DNA of 64,000 nt from Macrostomum lignano (lineage: Eukaryota), in NCBI GenBank assembly GCA_002269645.1, contig NIVC01000758.1, forward strand, positions 384,993 to 448,992, read 5' to 3'. How positions within the stretch are numbered: the first letter of the stretch is position 1; each line of letters starts with the position of its first letter. Both the position numbers and the translations under genes were made by a program. Positions 38,061 through 48,549 of this stretch are shown in pieces. Below the pieces are notes generated by a model. The model saw only the letters and a list, made by a program, of their open reading frames with translations, ran no database searches and had not been told where the DNA came from.

Positions 38061-38884
38061 AAGTGCTCAAACCTTAAAGGTGAGTTATCATTTCAGAGGC
38101 CTAGAAGACGCTTTCACATTAATTTGGCGACACAAATTTCGGCAATTGGTCACACGACCGAGTCAAAAGAAACTGACAGCAGAAGAAACATGCAATTGCA
38201 AGCAGACATAATGGGATGCAATGGCAGATTAGGTTAGTTTTTTATTTGTTGATAAACATCAGAACAAACATACTAGTAATAGTAGTGGAAACACGGCAGA
38301 GCCAAGCAGCTTAAGTGATGCCAATAAGAGTCACACCAAGGACAGACAATCTGTCAATCAAATTTACTATCAGATAAGACAACTGTAGGAATCAACTTGT
38401 CTCCGGGGTTCGATAAATCACTGCAAATCAGCCGAATATTGACGAGCACAAATCGGACTGGGTAGGGGGAGGGGGGCAAAAGCAGACTTGAGTAAAGAAA
38501 CGCGGCACACGAGAGCACGGATGAGGGACAGTTGAGCAGCAAAGGGGGGCGTCGGCAACACAAGAGAGGGAAAAACTCCGAGCTGACCGCCTCTCAGCTC
38601 CTGCCTCAGTTCGCAGATTACAGAGAGGAGTCGGCGCGGCCCCGCGGCATTAATTAGCAGCCGTCTTTCGCCCAACACCGTCCCGTGAAAAGGGGGCGGT
38701 CAGTTAGATAATGGGCTGTTGCCAGGGCCGGGGCAGCTGCCGCTCCTGCCGGGCTCGCGGACACGCGCGCGGAGGCCGCCCGCCAGATTATGGCGATGCG
38801 AAGGACGCGGCAGGCAGCGGCTGCTTCGCCAGAACAAAGACGGCAGCTTTTGCCGGTTTCTCATCTCTGGCAAATCTCCCAGCC

Positions 38885-41800
38885 TCACCCGATCAGCCTG
38901 TGGTACTCGGCTAGCATGACGGACTTCTCAATGTTCTCCCACACTTCGGCGGCAAAGTCCAGCCTGCAGAGAAGGGGAAGGCAAGATAAGAAAGCAAATC
39001 AAAGCCCTGCTGACTCTACTAACAGTAAAGGGATTGCATAAAACGCGATATTAAATAAATATTTGAATATCGATCAGCCAACTCCTACCAGACTTTCTCG
39101 TTGAACAGGTCCTGGCGCAGCATGTGGTGCCTGGGAGACGTGAGAATCAGCTTGCGCAGCCGCTCCAGCTCCTCGGTGTACTCGATGGCCGCCGCCGAGT
39201 CTGGCAGAATGAGTCATGAGATCGGCGAGCATGTTGAGAAAGAAAATTTATCTTCACTGTGCTGCAACAAACCGGCCCAACCGGAAAATCACAGCCCTCA
39301 CCCGGACAGTCACAGCCCTCATCTGGACAGTCACAGCCCTCACCCGGACAGTCACAGCCCTCACCAGTCAGTCAGTCATCACCCGGACAGTCACAGCCCT
39401 CACCCGGACAGTCTTCGTCCAGCAGCGGCAGGCAGAAGACGCTGCCGGCATCGAGCCGGAAGGCGGCCCCCTCAAACAGGCCGGCCAGCAGTTCGCGCAG
39501 GCGGGCGGGCGCGGGCCCGGCGTCGGCCGGTGTCCGGTTCAGCACAAAGATCACACGGGGCTGAAAGCCGGTGTCGTCCAGCACGGCAGGCCGCAGCATG
39601 TCGGCGGCGAGCAGCAGGCGGAGCAGGTCCGGGTCCGGCCAGCCGTCAGCCACCACCAGCAGGAGGTGGCAGGCGGACATGAGGAAGGCGCTGAGTTGGA
39701 TGCCGTGCATTGTGGCGCCGGTCTCAACTGTGATGAAGTCGGATTGGCCGGCGTTGGCGCCGGTGGAGCCGGCACCGCTGTTGCCGCCGCCACGCCGTTC
39801 GCTAGCGGCGGCCTGGATGAGCGCCTCGGCGCTGGACAGAGCCAGCAGGGCCTCGCAGTCGAGCAGGAAGGCCCGCTCAGGCGTTGTCTGCAGCTGCACG
39901 CCCCTGGTGCGGTGCGCGTTGCCCAGCAGGTTGTCTAGGCTTTCAACGGCGAAGGCCCGGCCGGCCGGTGGCTCCTCCTGGCCTGGCAGGCGGCCGAGCA
40001 GCAGCGAGTTGAGCAGGCTGGACTTGCCCGAGGACTGTCAGGGGAAGGGGTTGAGGGACATGCAATTTGCAGATGTCTATAAGCAACACGCGGTCATGAT
40101 TACGGTGAGCCTGGCGGACTTTTGGGACCTTCAACACTTGCATAGCAACAGAAGTGCCATTGTTCAATAAAGCTGAGCTCAAGGAGTCCAGTTCTCCCCG
40201 TTGCAGCTCGGCAGCTCTAAGAGGCGGTAAGATACAAACAAGGGAGCGACTCCCCACAGTACTAACACTAGAGAAAGACGGGATCCCATTCCATCCCAAT
40301 CCCAGGATCCCATTCCATCCCGATCCCAGGATCCCATTCCATCCCGATCCCAGGATCCCATTCCATCCCGATCCCAGGATCCCATTCCATCCCGATCCCG
40401 GGATCCCGATCACATCCCCATCCCGGGATCCCAATTCCATCCTGATCCCGAGATCCCATTCCATCCCGATCCCAGGATCCCATTCCATCCCGATCCCAGG
40501 ATACCATTCCATCCCGATCCCGGGATCCCGATCACATCCCCATCCCGGGATCCCAATTCCATCCTGATCCCGAGATCCCATTCCATCCCGATCCCATCCC
40601 CATCCCAGGATCCCATCCCAATCCCGGGATCCCATCCCAATCCCGGGATCCCATCCCAATCCCGGGATCCCATCCCAATCCCTTGATTCGGATTACATTC
40701 CCGATCTCGTGATCGCTAAAATCCATTGATCCCATTGATCAAAAACAATTGATCCTATTCTTACCTGACCTCTAGCCTGCAAGTACTGTACAAGTATAAG
40801 CTGTACACTTTACAGCAGATCAGGAGTATCAGTGCTTCTATTTCTATGCTAGATATAAATTTCGAAAATATTCTAAATTAGCTACCTGCAGCCCCAGCAC
40901 GCCAACAACACTGAAGTTGGTGTTTGTCGGGTCCAGGTATTCCTGGAACTCCTGGCGCTGGGCCTCATCAACAAATTTGCCACTTGGTGTCACCAGCGTC
41001 AGTGGAGCCGGCGGCAGTGGTAGCTCTTGCAGGTGGGCGAGGCGAGTTGGTGATGCAGTGGAGACTGGTGCTGAGGCGGTGGCGACACTGCAAGCTGGGC
41101 GGGACAGCCGCTGTGGTTGCTGCAGGCTGGGCCACTCTGCCTCTCCACCAGCAGTGGCAGCAGGTTCAGGACCTGGTGATTCGTCCTTGTATTGCTGAGC
41201 TAGCTGGCCACTGGGACTGGCTTCTTTATGCTGGTCTCGCTGTTGAAGACATTGTTATTATAAATTCAGTTAACTAAAGATATTTGATGCTAAAATGCCT
41301 ATATATTTCTGCTAATTAAAACAATTCTCACCTTTTTAACTATATATTTGGCCACAGACTGCATCTCCTTGCTGCTGCTGCTAGGCTAAAATTGAAAAGG
41401 TATAGTCAATTTATTATTTAAAAAGCAAAGGCTTTATACAAGGGTCATATATGCAAAACACTTGGCTGAACAATTGAGATTATCTAAGCCTAGTTGAAAG
41501 GGCTATTAGCCAAAATTAGGTTATAATATTGCCTCTTCCCTTAATCAGAAACAATAAACAATAAAGAAATGAGTCAAGGGAAAATGAAGGAAAGAAAAAT
41601 AAAATAAACAGAAAAGGCAATAGAAAAGGAAGAAGCAAAACAAAAGGAGAATTCCAATAGAGCCAACTATGTTCTATTTTTGTTGAAACTAATTGGTATA
41701 CCCAAATTATTGTATATAATATGATAAAAAATGTATAATAAAGAGCCACTTAAAGAGCTTATATCAATAAGCCAAGAAAAGGCAATTACAAAATATATAT

Positions 41801-42444
41801 TATGCTATTAGAATATAATTTGGTATAGGTTATAGTCCTTCTTATGTGATAATTAGATAATACTACAAGCATACAAACCTTAGAGATTTAGTATATTTAT
41901 AGATTGTATAATGTATTTATAAAAAAGATAGATATATATTTTAATATAATTAACTAAAAAAACTATTGATTAAAACAAATATTTATAACCAAGGCCAAAA
42001 GGGAGACAAAACAGAATTGTGCTTTGCTTAAACTTTAAAGAAAACATAAAACAAAAATTTTAAAGAAATAAAAAGAAAGTTTCACTTTAATTTTTATAAG
42101 ATTACCTTTTCTTTCTTTGTATCCATTGTAGGCTTAAAGCCAATTGTATCAATATTTGGTGAATATTGCTTATTCCATGGTCCTTTTTTTGAAGAGTTTG
42201 ACCAATCTTGGCCTTGACCAGATGCCATACCAGTCACAGATTCATCTGAGCCTTGGATTGTTCTGTTTCCAGCATTATATATGCGTGTGTTTTGGCAGTG
42301 AATTTGCCCAGAAGCTCTATTAAAAGATTCTGTTGATTTTGTCAGAGAAGCGTTCTGCTCTTTTCGAAAATTCGTTCTACTACTTGTTGGAGCATGGTAA
42401 TGGTAACCATATTCTCCGTTTGGCCTATGCTTGCTCTCATTCAT
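38885..42444 (-). CDS. SMG9: Nonsense-mediated decay factor SMG9-like, 5 exons, ~504 aa
   Basis: Exons 42444-42106 (less certain), 41239-40886, 40034-39404, 39200-39089, 38963-38885; phases consistent. Motifs VVGVLGLQ|SSGKSS (P-loop), QLSAFLMSACHLLLVVADG, NEKVWLDFAAEVWENIEKSVMLAEYHRLI. N-terminus MNESKHRPNGEYG resembles human MSESGHSQPGLYG. Confidence 0.9.
39290..39412 (-). repeat. 21-bp repeat copying the SMG9 exon 3 donor junction
   Basis: Unit GACTGTCCGG|GTGAGGGCTGT, about 5 copies. Confidence 0.85.
40280..40735 (+). repeat. 24-bp GATCCC-rich minisatellite in SMG9 intron 2
   Basis: Unit GATCCCATTCCATCCCGATCCCAG. Confidence 0.93.
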
Positions 42445-44617
42445 CCTTTTTGGCTGATGCTAGTTGACTGTCATAAGGGCGAAGGCAATGAGAAAGCTGA
42501 ACGTAATTTCAATATACAGTTAGCTTCAAGCCCAAGGAAGGCTAGCCAACAAAAAAAGTTCTTGCTATCTTAATGATTGATCGAACCTTTAAATTTAAGT
42601 AGCCCAACAACAAGAGGGAATGAGAAAAGAAAGCGACTTTTTATCATTGGTAATCTTTTTCGACCTGTTGTATGAATGTAAATGAAATCACTGCAATTCC
42701 AGCTTTGAACACAAAGTAGCATGGATATGGATAGGAGCTACAATCATCAGTAAGGTTAGGATATAATGAATAGGACGGGATTGACGGCACACACTAACTA
42801 TATACGTGAGATTTTTAATCATGAGGTACTAAATTATATTTAAAATACACACTCTTTACACGAAAAATAAACCAAATATTCATATTTTTACAATAAAGTT
42901 AGTTTTTTTAACCAGTTCAAATTTGACTTATTTGTTTTCTTGACATGTGTACAAACAAGTAGTTTAACTTTGTTTTATTATGCTACTATAATGCATAGAT
43001 ACAATTGAAACACGCATTTCTAAACTCGTCGCGAATTATCGGGGTCGTACTATAAAGCTGTCGTAGCGTAAGTTCGTCGGAACTTTTACACTACGGAGAT
43101 GGGAGCTAAGAATGATCTTTCTTACGATGGCTTTATAGAACGGGCCCTATATCCTAATCCAAGGAGAGGACCACTAGATCAGCCTTTAATAAATTTTCCA
43201 AGAAACGAAGTGTCCCGTCCTTCCTCTAGTGGTCCTTGATTATCATTCACTCGCATACACACCCCATCAAACAAGCCACCAACTAACTCACACGACCAAT
43301 GCACAAAGGAATCAAAATTTATTTACAAATTGTGTGATCATACGAAATTTCGTCTTATTTGATGGCAGTGTGAAACAGCCTTAAGCTAAGCTTGCAAGTG
43401 TCTCAAAGAGCCCAATTCAAGACAATCAAGTGACAGAAGACAATCCGGCAACAGATTTTTTTATTGTAGATTTTATAAAGATTTTAGTCTTAGATGCAAA
43501 CAAAACTTTACACATGTACTTTTTAATTTTATATATGGGGAATTTATTTTAGGATGGTATCTTTTCTAATAAAAAATGAAAATTTATGGCTGTATTTCTG
43601 ATATAATTTAGGGTGTCATGTCAATGTTTTAATGTAAGTGTTATTAATTTTTTACATATGCGATGGTTGTTGGACCTTTCCAGTTGAATCTGAATTGATA
43701 TTTCCCTTAAGCTATAAAGTAGAAAATAATTACTGGGTTGTTTGAGATTTGATTATAAAACTAGTATTGACTATTGTGCTTTCATTACTAAAAATAAAGA
43801 AAATATTAAATTTAATGCAGTTTCCCATTTTTTCAAAGCAATATTGTCATTAGGTCTATAAGAAAACAAGCTGTAAAGGTCATTCTATGAAAAGGTCCCA
43901 TCATGGTTTTAAACTTTAAATACTTATAACTTTTGAACTGTAATACTAGTTTAAATAAAACAAAGCTGCAAAAAGCAAATTATGTCAAACTTCTAATTCT
44001 ATATTTTTTATATAGCTACTTATGAATTCTAAATCAACTGAACATAGCAGATTATAAATTATGCTGACAGTCATTTGGTAATAAAAAATGACCATCTGCA
44101 TAGTTTATGCTTAGAGATAGAACAACTTTTTGATATTTTTATTTGGTATTTGGAAAAAAGGTTTTTGCTATTTGTTTAGTTCCTAGATTTGTTTCATATT
44201 TTTTAATGAATATAAGAATAAAATAAGAGCAAGTCCAATATTTTATAAGAAAAATCAGGAAGTTTGTATAGGAAACAATATTTCTAGCATAGTTCAAAGC
44301 TTAGATATAACACTTGATTAGCTCTATCTATATGCAATATTATATATTTGCTTTCATGCCTGCTTGTTCCCTAACCCTAACTCTAAACACTACTGTTTGG
44401 TTAGCAAGATTTGATAGCTTTTGCTATTATATCATTATATTAAGGTTATAGCCCAAAATAAAAAGACTATTAGTACAATACTATTTTTTGCTAATGCACA
44501 TTGGTGCTAGAAGACTGTAGTTCTTAAAATTTAGCTAAAGCTAAAAATAGGCTAAAAATAAAATGTTGCTGTCTGTGGGGTGCATTCAAATAAAAAACAT
44601 ACATGTATAAGTATACA

Positions 44618-44736
44618 TACATGTGCAACAGTTGGCTGATCTGGCCGACTGATTTGGTAGCCAACCAAGGAAGTCGCAAAAATGCCTACCTGAAAAAACA
44701 CCCAAGTAGTAGTACTAAGTAGCTGATGAGGCATTT
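44618..44736. mobile_element. Truncated, CpG-decayed copy of the CATGCGCAAC MITE
   Basis: Aligns by eye to the 5' ends of the copies at 45052 and 47788, with CG to TG/TA changes. Confidence 0.8.
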
Positions 44737-45051
44737 AAAACTGGTGGTTTAAAACTTAAACTTTATTTTTGGGACCAAATATCAATTGGATATAGGTTTT
44801 TTTAGTGACAAGTCATTCTATTATAGACATTTTGTTGTCAGATAGTCATTTTCATAATAAGCCTAAACAATAGATATTTTTATAAGATTTAAAGTGTATT
44901 TTAGTAATAGTGATAAGATGAATTTCATGGCATAGGCTAAATATTTTCTTGACTTGACTTAGCTGCATGGGGTGTCCAGTGGATATAGAAAGGAGATAAA
45001 AGAGACTGCCCATTCTGCTAGTACCTGGCAACCAATGACTTCCATTGAAGC

Positions 45052-45350
45052 CATACATGCGCAACAGTCGGCCGAGTCGGCCAATCCGGCCGACTGATTT
45101 GGCGGCCAACCAAGGAAGTCGCAAAAATGCCCACCCAAAAAAATACTAAAGTAGTAGTACTAAGTAGCTGACGAGGCATTTTGCCTTAATAAAACAGTCA
45201 TAGTTACTCCTGCCGTTTACCCAAAGTTGCGTTAATTTTCCGTTTGGGTTTTTTTTACATGTAAGTCGCATTTTTGGCCAAAAACTACGTCGCATTTTTG
45301 TTAAAACTAAGTCGCATGGCCGACCGAATTTTGAAGGTTGCGCATGTATG
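45052..45350. mobile_element. MITE (~300 bp), TIR (CATA)CATGCGCAAC, probably Tc1/mariner-type with TA target
   Basis: CATACATGCGCAAC at 45052 and its inverse GTTGCGCATGTATG ending at 45350; second full copy at 47788-48074. Confidence 0.85.
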
Positions 45351-47787
45351 ATTGAAGCAATGTTGCTTAGGGAGACCCATTGGTCTTGCCTGCAGGGCAG
45401 TCTTTCTCACTAGCAGTAAGGAAGAAATCAGCTCATCCTATGTCCCTAAGGTACTAGGCAAGCAGTGGGATGCTCTCAGGCTTGCAAATTTTGGGGAAAA
45501 CTAAGTTTGGCCCAGGTAAACAAGCCTGGCCCAGGTGAAAACCAGGCTGTGGTAGCGTGGGTCTGCTCAGTTGCTCCACTCAGTGTAATGTACAGTGCAG
45601 GTGTACACCTGCACGCGCACGTGTGATTGGCTTACGCTTTGTCAGACAACCTTTATTGTTGGCCAGCTATATTAAATACAAGCTCTCTGCCTTTGGGGGG
45701 GTCTTTCCCCCGAAGTGGAGTTTTCACAGTGGCGACGAGACTGAAACGACCCTGCGCAAATGAGTAGTGCAAGTTCACTAGGGCTTGTCGGCCCATACGA
45801 AGAAGGCTCTGAGCCGTGGCATATGTACCAAGCAAGGTTAGAGCAATATTTTGTTGCCAATGACGTCACTGAGGAAGCGAAAAAGCGAGCGATTCTGCTG
45901 AGTTCATGCGGCAAGAAAGTCTTCCATCTGGCCTTCAGTCTTCTGTCTCCTGCACAGCCATCAGCCAAGAGCTACACCGAAATTTGTGAAGCACTTAAGA
46001 GCCATTTCGAGCCTGAGGAGTCCGAGATCGTCCATCGTTACCGATTCTACACTAGAAATCGCAGGGAAGGTGAGGGCGTCGCGGACTTCGTCGCAGACCT
46101 CCGAGACCTGGCTCGCGACTGCAAGTTCGGCGACAGCCTGACTTCGATGCTTCGCGACAGGCTGGTGCTGGGAATCAACAACGACAGCGCTCAGCGGCGG
46201 CTGCTGGCGGAGCCCGTTCTCACTCTAGCGAAGGCACTGCTGAATGTGCATGTGGTGACGTCAGCGACCTCAGCTGTCACCATCCAAAAACTCCGCTCCA
46301 GCTTCGCGACGCACGGGTTGCCAGATGTGCTGGTGTCGGACAATGGGCCCAACTTGGTCAGCGAGGAGATGTCCGACTTTCTGCGGAAGAACGGCATTCA
46401 GCACGTGCGCGTTGCTCCCTATCATCCGGCGTCCAACGGCCTGGCGGAACGAGCTGTCCAGACGCTGAAGCGGTCCCTTGAGAAGCAGCGCGACGGCTAC
46501 TTGGAGGATAAGGTCGCCCGGTTCCTGCTGAGCTACCGGGTCACTCCGCATGCGACAACTGGTGTGGCTCCCTGCGAACTCCTGATGGGACGGCGCCTGT
46601 GCACGTTGCTAGATCGAGCTCGGCCAGACCTGGGAGCAAGAGTACAGCGTAAGCAAAGTCAGCAAAAAGAGCACCACGACTGCAAAGCTCGGTTCCGGAC
46701 CTTCGAGACTGGAGACGCTGTACTGGCCAGAGACTTTGGAGCCACCGTTAAGTCGGTGGAAGCCGGCGCGAGTTTTCGGTGCCGCCGGTCCGGCCTCCTA
46801 CCTGTGTGGCTTCGATGGCGACGACTGAGTGGTGCGGCGGCACGTTGACCATGTCCGCGGTGGTCCTGAGCAGCCGCGGCCTACAGGAGCTGGCGTGACA
46901 GACGGTGCCACCGACGCCAAGGCCGCACCTGAGCCGGAAGCTGCGATGCCGGCCGTGGACGAGCCGCCAAACCTGGCTGCTCCTGGAGACCCTGAGATCG
47001 ACGGGTCTCTGCGCCGATCGTCGCGAGTTCGACGTCCCCCGGAGCGCCTGAGCTACGGGTGACGTCATCTGTGAAAGAGACTGTTTTGATTGACTGTAGT
47101 GTTCGGACGTTTAAATTTGGATTTTGAACTTTGTTATGGTTATGATTTATTTTCCTTATTCTGTTGTGTTGTTTGTGTCGTCTTGCGATCCCTGATCCCC
47201 ATGTAGATGGGGAGGGATGTGGTAGCGTGGGTCTGCTCAGTTGCTCCGCTCAGTGTAATGTACAGTGCAGGTGTACACCTGCACGCGCACGTGTGATTGG
47301 CTTACGCTTTGTCAGACAACCTTTATTGTTGGCCAGCTATATTAAATACAAGCTCTCTGCCTTTGGGGGGGGGTCTTTCCCCCGAAGTGGAGTTTTCACA
47401 CAGACAGTAGCAGATAAAGTGGTCAGTGTTTTCACTGCCTGAGGGGCAGAAGGCACCACTCTGGGTACCTGGCCCTGAAAGAAGCAGTGGCAAGAGAAGC
47501 ATCTATGCCCAGAGAAGGTCATGCTAACTGCTCTGAAGTCTCTGCAGTTAAGCCTGAGGAAGGCTCTATGCAGGAAGGAAGAGTGACAGGGGATTGTCTG
47601 CGATTCCAGGTGTTGTGCTATCCACAGAGATGCTTAAAATCAGCCCAGCACTTAACATGGGAATTATCACCAATGTGGAACTGGGGCCGCTGTGCCTGGC
47701 CCCAGTAATGTGCCAGCAAAGCCAGCCTTGGCCAGCTGGTCAGCATGCTCATTGCCAAGGAAACCAGTGTGGCCTGGGAAAGGAAAA
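45351..47787 (-). mobile_element. Decayed 3' fragment of an RNase H-containing LINE, split by the LTR element
   Basis: PGHTGFLGNEHADQLAKAG (~47770-47715) is the RNase H WxPGHxGxxGNExAD motif. SGHRCFSCH follows, then a CCHC-type tail FCPSGSENTDHFICYC|LVFTWARLVYLG that reads through once the LTR element and one TSD are removed. Confidence 0.65.
45548..47400 (+). mobile_element. Internally deleted Ty3/Gypsy LTR retrotransposon (1853 bp) with in-frame Gag-integrase fusion ORF
   Basis: LTRs 45548-45728 and 47218-47400 (TG…CA; one substitution plus G7 vs G9). PBS-like TGGCGACGAG, polypurine tract before the 3' LTR, 5-bp TSD CAGGC/CAGAC. ORF 45760-46848 joins Gag N-domain to the integrase core (SDNGP…HPASNGLAER). 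Confidence 0.93.
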
Positions 47788-48074
47788 CATACATGCGCAA
47801 CAGTCGGCCGATCTGGCCGACCGATTTGGCGGCCAACCAAGGAAGTGGCAAAATTGCCCACCCAAAAAATACCTAAGTAGTAGTACTAAGTAGCTGACGA
47901 GACATTTTGGGTTAATAAGACAGTCATATTTACGCCTGCCGTTTACCCAAAGTTGCGTTAAATTTGCTTTATGGTTTTTTTACATGTAAGTCGCATTTTT
48001 GGCCATAAACTACGTCGCATTTTGTTAAAACTAAGTCGCACGGCCGACCAAATTTTGGAGGTTGCGCATGTATG
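47788..48074. mobile_element. MITE, second full copy of the CATGCGCAAC family
   Basis: Same TIRs and internal sequence as 45052-45350. Confidence 0.85.
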
Positions 48075-48549
48075 TAGGAAAATATCAGTTTGTATAGTTA
48101 TTTTAACAATAAATGACATATTCTAGAGTTTAGACTATAAAGGTGATACTATTATCATCGCATCATATTACTATCTATTTTTTGTTTTGCACTTTATACA
48201 TATATGCTTTATGCTCTTCCTCATTGAGCAATTGCCTATAAGTTGTTGCATTTCCACAAAAGGCTCAAAAACTAATGCACTCTTCTTTAGCAAAGGTCAT
48301 CACTATTAAAATGTGGGCCCTAATTGCCATTGCCATGAAGTATTTCTAATATTTTTCTAGTAAGGCATTAGCTAGATATGGTAGATGTTTATAAAAAGTG
48401 TCATTTGTCAGTTTATGTTAGCAGAATGTTTTATATCTTTTAAAAGTTCGGCTTTTCTTAGTATTGGCATGCTTTTTTGTTTCAACTAATTTTGCAAGGC
48501 TATGTTTTTCCATAATTTCAGCAGAGGTATGAGTTTCATTTAATGCAAG

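Noticed and set aside
43361-43384. CAGTGTGAAACAGCC-TTAA, resembling one Harbinger-type terminus
   Set aside because: No matching inverted partner found in the window.
44369-44386. CCCTAACCCTAA telomere-like motif
   Set aside because: Only two to three units; compatible with chance.
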